A DNA stretch of 64,000 nucleotides from the human T2T-CHM13v2.0 reference genome, Homo sapiens. The translations under genes were made by a program, and so were the position numbers. The notes below the pieces were generated by a model that did no database searches, had not been told where the DNA came from, and saw only the letters and a program-made list of their open reading frames with translations. This document shows, one piece after another, positions 52,403 to 64,000 of the stretch (positions within the stretch are counted from its first letter, which is position 1; every line of letters begins with the position of its first letter). The DNA is taken from NCBI RefSeq assembly GCF_009914755.1, contig NC_060940.1; one strand, written 5' to 3'.

Positions 52403-53157
52403 AGGTCCTTCGTGGTTCAATACCGAACACGGGCAACTCCTTTTCATCCCTAGACAGGTGGGGACAGGAAAATACCCAACTCCTGGCAAATCCACCCAGT
52501 CCCGACTCAGGCTCGACCTCGGAGGCCCCGGCCGGGCCTCAGGCGGCCCCACCCCTTTGCTGCCCAGGCCTGACCGGAAGCCCCGCTAATGGGAACTGAC
52601 AGGTCCCGGTCCCGGTCCTCCCGGGCGGCGCCCCCGCCTCCGCGGACCCCAAGGCCTCTCCCCGCCCGGCCCAGGGCTGCACCCCGCGCGAAAAAATAAA
52701 AAAATCAGAAAGGGGGGTAAAAAAGACGGATGAGCCCCAAATTAATGCGCCAAGCTCTCCGCCGGCATCCTTCCCGCCCCCAAGCCCAAGACGCTGAATC
52801 GGGATCCCCGCGATCACCAGAGCAGACAGAAATAACCAAAAAAAAAATTTTTTTTTAGTGAAATCACCAAAAAGGAGACATTTTGCCGAGGGAATGGCAG
52901 GCAGAAGTGGGTCACGTTATTCTCGGTGGGGGAAGGGGACGGCGCGCCCACCCGTCCCTCCGCGCGCACAGGCCCCGGCCCGGCTCCTCTCAGGGTCCTC
53001 TCGGGTCCGCGGGCCCCGGACCCCGCCGCCCCTCCCCCGCCCCGCCCGCCGTCCGTTAACGGCCGCGCGCGAGCACGAGGCGGCGGCGCGCGCGGGGGGG
53101 GCGGGGGCGCGGGCGCGCGCGTTTCCTTCATGCCCGGCGGCGTCCCCCTACCCCTAC

Positions 53158-53300
53158 CTGTGGGGACGACGCGCCGGCCGGCGGCAGAAGGCAGGCGGAG
53201 GCGGGCGGCGGCAGGCGGGCAGCGGTGGCGGCGGCGGCGGCGGGGCCTGGGTGCTCGCTCGCAGCTCTCCCTCGGTTAGCGGCGGCGGCAGCGGCTCGGT
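53158..53300 (-). other. ZC3H7A: ZC3H7A exon 1 (non-coding 5' UTR); TSS position approximate
   Basis: Inside the CpG island; donor CAG|GTAGGG with GT at 53157-53156; no ATG in the exon; promoter motifs immediately upstream. Confidence 0.75.
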
Positions 53301-53313
53301 TGCGCCCGCGGCG

Positions 53314-53327
53314 GCGCCCTCTAGCGG
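53314..53327 (-). promoter_or_regulatory. CTCF core motif
   Basis: Minus strand CCGCTAGAGGGCGC fits CC[AG][CG][CT]AG[AG][GT]GGC[AG][CG] at every position. Confidence 0.6.
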
Positions 53328-53362
53328 CGGGAGGCCGCGCTTGCCGCCCGGGAGACGCCGCC

Positions 53363-53367
53363 ATTGG
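53363..53367 (-). promoter_or_regulatory. CCAAT box (NF-Y)
   Basis: Minus strand cagCCAATggc, about 65 bp upstream of the estimated TSS. Confidence 0.6.
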
Positions 53368-53480
53368 CTGCGCCGGAGCTACGGGCTGGGGGCGGTGGCG
53401 CCACGTCTGACTGGGGGCAGGGACCTGGGCGCGCCGTTCAATCCGGAGCCCCGGCGTCGACGCGCGGCCCACTGGGTGAG

Positions 53481-53485
53481 CCAAT
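53481..53485 (+). promoter_or_regulatory. CCAAT box (NF-Y), opposite orientation
   Basis: gagCCAATggga matches the extended NF-Y consensus. Confidence 0.55.
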
Positions 53486-54247
53486 GGGAAGGCCACGTTG
53501 CGCACTGGACGCGCTCGGACTCAAGACTGATTAACCAGCACCGGGGTTTTCTGGGGCCTCGCCTGGGCCGCGGCCTGAGCAGAAGCGCTAGGAGGTAGAA
53601 CAGCGTCCAGCGGGGAGAGGAGCTAGAGTCGGCATCGGGAAGCCCACCCTGGAGCCTGCTTAGCTTGACGAGCCCTCAACCGGGGCGCCCTGCTCTGCGA
53701 AGAGTAACCCTGCATCCTCAGAACAACCGTGATTGTCTTCATTCCTACATATGAGGAACGGAGGCGCGGAGCCCCACGGCAGCCGGGGATCCAAAGACAG
53801 CCTCCCTCCAGTTCCATCTGCCGGCTCTTGGAAGGCCTGGATCCCTGTCCTTCAGGGCCCAGCCCAAATGCCGCCTCGTCCATCTGCATTTTACGGCCAG
53901 GTGCCCCGCTGCGGGCACGGCTTCTTGTAAAATGCTCAGCTCAGCAGTGGGCGAGGCAGGGTCCCTGCCCCATGGGATGGAGGGCGGAGATCAGGACCCA
54001 CAAGAGCCCAAAGAAGACCATTTTGGTCGGTGAAGACCAAAGAAATTCAAGCAGGAGGATGTGACAGGAGCTTTTGGGAAAGCCTCTGAGGAGGTGACAG
54101 CCATGCAACCGTGTTCGGGGAAGTGTGCCGCAGGCAGAGGGGAAATGAGTGCAAAAGCCCTGAAGCTGGAGTTCGGTGTCTGGATAACAGGAAAGGCCTG
54201 CATAGCTGATGTGTGCCAGAGGGGAGAAAGATCTGTGACACAGGGGG

Positions 54248-54258
54248 GCCGCCATGTT
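54248..54258 (+). promoter_or_regulatory. YY1-like motif
   Basis: GCCGCCATGTT matches CCGCCATNTT. Confidence 0.3.
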
Positions 54259-54452
54259 TAATTTGGAGTTTTGTGTGGAAGGGGGTCATTCATTGAGTCT
54301 GAATTGGGAGTTCCGAGGTCTCATTTATATTTTAGAAAGTTCTCTCCTGCTACTATGCAGAGATTGGGCTGTAGGAGAGACAAGAGGGGAAGTGGGGACT
54401 CTAGCTACAGTAGCTCTTCCAGGGGTCTGGGTGACGTAGATTTACAAACCAG

Positions 54453-55205
<753 letters not shown>

Positions 55206-55287
55206 CCAGGTAAGTGCTGCAACAGATATTGGAGAGCTGATGGGCTGTGGTTTTAGGGAAGCTCCTCTAAGAAAGGGGTGGATTATA

Positions 55288-55618
<331 letters not shown>

Positions 55619-55757
55619 TCATCATTCAGGCCTCAACTACAGTAGCCTCTCTTGGAGAGGCCTTCACTGACAGCCCATCTAAAAGTTGCTCACTAACACA
55701 GCGCCCTATCTGATCTTCCAAGCAGTCATCATGATCTGAAATGACCTCGTCTAGTCC

Positions 55758-56572
55758 TGTTGCCAGAAGGCTCAGGAGGTCTCTGGATACTGGTGACACC
55801 CCAGCCCCAGCCAGTTTCCAGGTTCTTGACACCTTGGAGAGAAAGAATTCAAGAATGAGTTGAATGAAGCAAAGGGCAAGAAGGTTTTTTTTTGTTGTTT
55901 GTTGTTTTTGTTTTTTTTGAGACAGGATCTCAGTCTGTCACCCAGGCTGGAGTACAGAGGCGCAATCATGGCTCACTGCAGTCTTGATCTCCCGGGCTCG
56001 GGTGATTCCCGCCACCTCAGCTTCCTGAGCAGCTGGGACTAGTACCACACCGGCTAAGTTTTTGGGGTTTTTTTTGTTTTTGTAGAGACAGGGTTTTGCC
56101 ATGTTGCCCAGGCTGGTCCCAAACTCCTGGGCTCAAGCAGTCCTCCCACCTTGACCTCCCAAAGTGCTGGCATTACAGTTGTAAGACACTGCACCGAGCT
56201 GCAAGAAGCTTTTATTGCAAAGTGAACATACACATTTAAGAGAGAAGTGCAGGCATGCCCGTGAGAATGAGTCTTGCACAATGGAGTTTGGGTTCCTAAT
56301 TTTATGGGTGTTTCTTTTAGTTACAGGATGGAATTATCGTTAGGCATTCTGGAAAGGGAGGGGATTTCAGGGACCTCCACCTCAATTACTGTCTCCTTTC
56401 TTCCTTATCTGGGTTTGCTGGAAGAAGCATGGACATGTCACCCTGGCCAGAGTTTTGGCCATCTTCTCTCCCTTGGGTTTTCTGTTATCCTATGGTTTAT
56501 TTGCCTAGTTCCTGTTTCAGCTGTTTGGGTTTTTCCATCCTCCTGTGACCACCCAGTGCTGTTCCTGTCTCA
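55758..56572 (-). mobile_element. Probable ERV1-class solo LTR interrupted by a reverse AluJ (55885-56200)
   Basis: TG...CA termini (tgttgcc / cctgtctca); aaagaattcaag motif; reverse AATAAA (tttatt) at ~56210; Alu TSD gcaagaag. Confidence 0.55.
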
Positions 56573-56631
56573 GGCATTTGGGCGCTTGTTTGTGGTCGGC
56601 CTCCAACCCTACAGGAGAGCAGAGACTCTGC

Positions 56632-56946
56632 TTTTTTTGTTTTGTTTTGTTTTTGCTTTTTGAGACAGAGTTTTGCTCTTGTTGCCCAGGCTGGAGTGCA
56701 ATACATAATCTTGGCTCACTGCAACCTCTGCCTCCCAGGTTGAAGCGATTCTCCTGCCTCAGCCTCCCAAGTAGCTTGGATTACAGGCGTGCGCCGCCAC
56801 CTCACCCGGCTGATTTTTGTATTTTTAGTAGAGACGGGGTTTCTCCATGTTGGTCAGGCTGGTCTTGAACTCCTGACCTCAGGTGATCCACCTACCTCGG
56901 CCTTCCAAAGTATTGGGATTACAGGCATGAGCCACCACGCCTGGCC
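56632..56946 (-). mobile_element. Alu (AluS)
   Basis: Full reverse Alu. Confidence 0.94.
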
Positions 56947-57108
56947 CAAACCAGTTTCTTTTGTCCTATATTCTCAGCCCCTTGATAGTAGGTAGCACCC
57001 CTTAAATACTTCTGGAGTGGATGTCTCAAGCAAGCCTGAGGCTAAGATCTGATTAGAAGCGTGAGTAGGAGATATCCTAATGCAGTGGTGCATGTAGAAA
57101 AGAAAAAA

Positions 57109-57365
57109 GCCTGATGCGGTGGCTCCCGCCTGTAATCACAACACTGGGAGGCTGAGGTGGGCGGATCGCTTGAGGCCAGGAGTTCAAGACCTGCCTGGCC
57201 AACATGGCGGAACCACATCTGTACTAAAAATACAAAAATTAGCCAGGCGTTGTGGCGGGTGCCTGTAATCCCAGCTACTTGGAAGGCTGAGGCACTCATG
57301 CCACTGCACTCCAGCCTGGGTGACAGAGTGAGATTCCATCTCAAAAAAAAAAAAAAAAAAAAAAA
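57109..57365 (+). mobile_element. Alu with a ~45-bp deletion in the right arm
   Basis: ggctgaggca joined to tcatgccactgcac. Confidence 0.92.
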
Positions 57366-57366
57366 G

Positions 57367-57525
57367 CTCTTGTGATTGCATTGGGTCCACCTGGATAACC
57401 CAAGATGGTCTCTTCATCTCAAGATTGTAACTTAATCCCAATAGCAAACTCCCTTTTGCTAGGTAACAGGTTACTGGGGTCAGCATGTGGACATCTTTGG
57501 GGAACCATTATTCTGCCTACCACAG
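57367..57525 (-). mobile_element. MLT1-type LTR fragment
   Basis: cttgtgattgcattgggtccacctggataac...ggacatctttggggaaccattattctgcctaccaca. Confidence 0.8.
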
Positions 57526-57924
57526 AGAGCAAAGTAAAGGACATCTGCGTATGGGTGTGCCTGCTTCCTGGAATCCCCATCTCCAGCCCTTGTTGAGGTG
57601 ATGACACTCCCTATTCCCCCACCCCTGGTAGCACTAGGTGCTGTAGTGCTGAGGAAAATAGACTGACTCATTCCTCAGGCTTCCACTCTAGTGGGAGAAA
57701 TTTTCAGTTTCTTCATTGGATATTACACTGACAAGTACACTCTCTAAGGACCTATTATGTGCCCCATGCCTGAGGGTACAAAGTTGGATAAGACAGGATT
57801 CCTGCCCTCACCCAGCCTACGGTCAGGTCAAGGATTCAGGCTGTGTTCATCAGTGATTCTAGGGGTGGCCAGGGTAGGCGGAGGAGTCTGTGGAGCCACC
57901 TAGGAGTGACCTCTTCATTCTCTC

Positions 57925-58110
57925 CAGAAATACTTACAGAGCACTTACTCTGTGCCAGATACTATTCTAAATTCATGGGATGTGTCAGTACAGAACAAAG
58001 ATCACTATCCTAATGAAGTTTACATTCCAGGAGAGTGAAACAGACAACAATATAAGTAAATCATAGAGTATGTTAGAGGATGCTAAGTATTATGTTTAAA
58101 GAAAAAGCAG
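57925..58110 (-). mobile_element. L2 fragment
   Basis: aaatacttacagagcacttactctgtgccagatactattcta...gaagtttacattc...cagacaacaa. Confidence 0.7.
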
Positions 58111-58452
58111 GGGTGGGCAGAAGCCGAGCACAGTGGCTCCACCTGTCATCCCAGCACTTTGGGAGACTGAGGCAGAAGTTCGAAACTACTTTGGGCACCA
58201 TGGTGAGACAGTGTCGCTACAAACAAAAAAGGTGGGGAAAGGGGGAGACGTAGAAGCAACAGTACTTAAAGACACTGATATAGATGCCAGATTGAGAAGT
58301 ATACAGGGTGGTTATCAATGAATGCTATGAAGATACCATAAAGGAGATGGTGACAGGCTATTCTGGGCACACTGCTTGTGGGGTAGCCCTGCTCTGCAAG
58401 AAGCGGGGTTTTGTTTTTTTTGTGTGTGTTTTTTTGGGAAAATTTAATTTTG

Positions 58453-58745
<293 letters not shown>

Positions 58746-59235
58746 TTTTTTAATTAATTGAAGGAGATGATGGGGAAACCAAGTCATACAAAAGGGGTTG
58801 CAGAGTCATTCCTGTAGGGGTCCAGCCGGTAACCTAATGAGCCTGCCCAGGGGTCAGCGTAGACTCAGGAACACCCTGTCCACTCTAGCTAAGGTAACAA
58901 CTGCTTCCCAGGCCTCTCTGTTCTTGCCATGTGGTCTACAAATGCAGTTTTGCCAGAAACTCCAGGCGTATTTCAAGATTAGCTAGAAATTGGGATTTTA
59001 TTACAACAAATACTCTACTTTGAAAAGTTAATTAGTAGAAAAAAGAAACACTATGTAATACAAATAAGCCATGTCCATAGGCAGCAGTGAGCCCATGGGC
59101 CACCCACTTGCAACATCTGTCGTAAAAACTAAATAAGATATAGATAGATCTTAGGACAGACCTTCTAGATTCATTAATGGGAGTTATGATGTAGTCACCA
59201 GATACTGTAGTGAATGCCATAAAAAATACAGATGG

Positions 59236-59915
<680 letters not shown>

Positions 59916-60345
59916 TAAAAAAAAAAAGAGAGAAAGAAAAAGCAAACAAGGGCTGTTCTTTCCTATGCTTTTGGTTTTTCTGAAGTATATTAGTTTGCAA
60001 TTTCAGCCTTCTTGCTCACCTTGAATCCTCCACCCCTCTGCATGTTGTACCTGTTCTCAGCTGTATTAGGAGTCAGTATAATAGGATTATTTCCGGTTGC
60101 CTTGGTTTTCCTTTCAGCTGGGCACCAAATTAAGTATCTCAGTAAAATAACCCATCTCCTAGCACCCACCCAAAAAATTGGGAGTTACTTTTCCTTGGCC
60201 CGTGAGGTCTCTGGATACCAGCTTCTACACATAAGCAGCAATAGCAGTAGTAGTTCAGCTTTATATACAAAGTTATCTGAGATTCTCAGCAGGAGCTGGC
60301 ATGCACACATAGCAAAAGTGTCCACTTTTTAAAAATATATTCACT

Positions 60346-60640
60346 GGCCGGGCGCAGTGGCTCACGCCTATAATCCCAGCAATTTGGGAGGCCGAGGTGG
60401 GCGGATCACTTAAGGTCAGGTGTTCAAGACCAGTCTGGCCAACATGGTGAAACCCCATCTCTACTAAAAATACAAAAATTACCTGGGCATGGTGGCGGAT
60501 GCCTGTAGTCCCAGCTACATGGAGGCTGAGGCAGGAGAAATGCTTGAACCCAGGAGGGGGAGGTTGCGGTGAGCCAAGATTGTGCCACTGCACTCCAGCC
60601 TGGGTGACAGAGCAAAACTCCATCTCAAAAAGAAAAAAAA
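60346..60640 (+). mobile_element. Alu (AluS)
   Basis: Full forward Alu. Confidence 0.94.
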
Positions 60641-60972
60641 GAATGCACACAAACACACACAAGTTCCCCCCAAAGGAAAAAGGTACTTTGTATTGTGATA
60701 AATATATTGACTCATTTAAGCTCTCCCAAATAAATACAAGGTGAACGTTTAAGATGCTATGAGTAGGTGGCACAGTTGTGGAAAGAGAGGGGCTTTGGAG
60801 TCTGGGAAGCATGGAGACAAGTCCTCCTTACCCATCTGGGTGGCCCTAAGCAAGTATCTTTCAGAGCCTCGAGGTCATCTTTAAATGTGGATAATGATCC
60901 CCCTGGCACGGTGATGATGAAATAACATATATAAACCACCTGGCACAGAGACTGTTCAATAAATAGCAGATC

Positions 60973-61244
60973 CTTTTTTTTTTCTCGCCTAGAGTTCAGT
61001 GGCAAGATCACGGCTCACTGCAACCTCAGCCTCCCGGAGTTCAAGGAGTCCTCCCACCTCAGCCTTCTGAGTAGCTGGGACTACAGGCATGCGCACCACC
61101 ACGCCTGGCTAATTTTTGTATTTTTTGGTAGAGACAGGGTTTTGCCATGTTGCCCAGGCTGGTCTCAAACTCCTAGGCTTAAGCAATCTGCCCACCTCGG
61201 CCTCCCGAAGTGCTGGGATTATAGGTGTGAGCCACCGTGCCCAG
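60973..61244 (-). mobile_element. Alu (AluJ)
   Basis: Reverse Alu. Confidence 0.92.
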
Positions 61245-61870
61245 CATAGCAGTTATTATACTTTCCATGATGAATGGAGTAATCTTTCCAGCAGTAATCT
61301 TTGGGGTGGGAAGGGGTACTTGCACACACACACACACACACCCCATCCCAGAGATTGTGAGGCATGCTCCCTAGTCCCCCTGGGAGTGACTGCCTTGGAA
61401 AAAATTGTTCCTGAAGGGCAGGATGGAGGGTCACAATCCCTCATCCTTTTCCACCATGAGGTGGAAAAATGGTCAAGAGTCTCTGCCTTAAAAATGGAGC
61501 TTAGGAGATAAAACCCACCATCTAGGGGCCATTATCACCATGTTACCTACTGAAATGAGTTGACCACAGGACCAACCTCAAATAAGAACAAATAACAAAA
61601 ATGATCTGTTTGCAAGTATTACAGACCTGTACCAGAAAAGAAGTACCTTCCAATTTCTAGCACTCAAAATATGAAAGAAACATTTAGGAAAACATTTAGA
61701 GAAGAAACATTTAGTACTCAAAACATGCTCAATGTTTGCCAAATGGCCCCAGGATACTTTGACAGACCACATGCTTTGAGTTTTGTCAGTACTCCTGGAA
61801 ATCTGTGATAGAATCTTAATGTGCACCATGCAAAGTTTAATATCACATTTCTGTTGAATAATCACTGTGA

Positions 61871-62180
<310 letters not shown>

Positions 62181-62409
62181 AACATGCTCTTTGAGGATCC
62201 CCCAAGGTGTGGATCTGGGAAATGAACCATAGAATAGAAAGGAGCAAAAACACAGATTAAGGGAACCTGATACGTTGGGATACAGGAGCCAAGACCTTTG
62301 TCATTCAGTATGTGAAAATGTCAGGATGTGCAAGTGAGAAACAACTTAAAACCTTAAAATCAGAAGATCACTCCCCACTGACACTGCAGATTAAAAGATA
62401 CTAATCACT

Positions 62410-62761
<352 letters not shown>

Positions 62762-63001
62762 TTAATTCAACTAATCAACAATATTATGCAACGGCTTTTT
62801 TAAAAAACATGTTCAAGGATCATACATTTTACTCAGTCTTTTATATAATTTGGCAGGGAATCAAGGCATATTAGGAAATTCACAGAAACCATAAACATAA
62901 AAAAATGCATAAGTCCTCAGTTCAGTAACCACACAAATATTTCCGAGAACACATCCAAAGCCACTTTCCCTTCTGCAAAGCTGTTATAAAATGTACTTAG
63001 C

Positions 63002-63553
<552 letters not shown>

Positions 63554-63794
63554 CTAGGTGGATTTATAGAAAAATTTTAACAGATTTTTAAGACGTTTGC
63601 ATAGAAGGAATGAATATGAATGTTAAATCAAAATCCTGGTAATCTGATTGTGCTATAAATGTGAAATATCACAAACAATTAATTGGAAGGACATGCAAAC
63701 AAAAACAAGAACTGAGCCACCTCTGCTTCCTAACATCATTCATCCTTCAAGTGTAATATTTAAGGTATGTGCCTTCATTACAAAAGGTATTTCT

Positions 63795-64000
63795 GGCTGG
63801 GCATGGTGGCTCATGCCTGTCATCCCAGCACTTTGGGAGGCTGAGGCGGGCAGATCACCTGAGGTCAGGAGTTAGATACCAGCCTGGCCAACATGGTGAA
63901 ACCACTTCTCTACTAAAAATACAAAAACATTAGCTGGGTGTGGTGGTGGACGCCTGTAATACCAGCTACTTCGGAGGTTGAGGCAGGAGAATCACTTGAA
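63795..64000 (+). mobile_element. Alu (cut by window edge)
   Basis: Forward Alu consensus. Confidence 0.93.

Larger units (their letters stand above)
52500..53700. promoter_or_regulatory. CpG island promoter of ZC3H7A
   Basis: Very high GC and CpG density spanning exon 1; GC-box-like GGGGGCGGTG at 53388-53397; no TATA box seen. Confidence 0.92.

Noticed and set aside
52814-53598. Long ORFs over the CpG island (e.g. 246 aa at 52858..53598 on +)
   Set aside because: Arg/Gly/Ala/Pro low-complexity; stop-poor because of GC content; open in several frames and both strands.
61515-61528. CTCF-like CCCCTAGATGGTGG on the minus strand
   Set aside because: Two mismatches to the core; not supportable without ChIP data.

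Overview
Primate (almost certainly human) genomic DNA, very Alu-rich. It holds one complete protein-coding gene on the minus strand, ZC3H7A (TPR plus CCCH/C2H2 zinc-finger RNA-binding protein). I reconstructed 23 exons by hand: a non-coding exon 1 in a CpG island (~53158-53300) and 22 coding exons from ATG at 38390 to TAA at 7360, all with GT-AG introns. They total 2916 nt, i.e. 971 aa plus stop, with consistent phases. The 3' UTR runs to about 6630. From memory the gene is at human 16p13.13 next to TXNDC11 (not checkable here). The rest is about 75 Alu elements or fragments plus L1, L2, MIR, Tigger3a, MER20, MER33, MER58, MaLR and ERV1-like LTR relics and microsatellites. Most ORF-track entries are Alu or GC-rich artefacts. 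I found no evidence of a wholly new multi-gene system. The best leads are: a PTC-introducing alternative donor after exon 17; a candidate in-frame 42-nt cassette exon in intron 20; an overlapping Cys/His-rich uORF; a strong GC3 outlier exon; a four-fold zinc-module repeat in the protein; and unusual Alu architectures (three triple-TSD tandem insertions, two spacer-less inverted fusions). Repeat boundaries and subfamily names are by eye and approximate.
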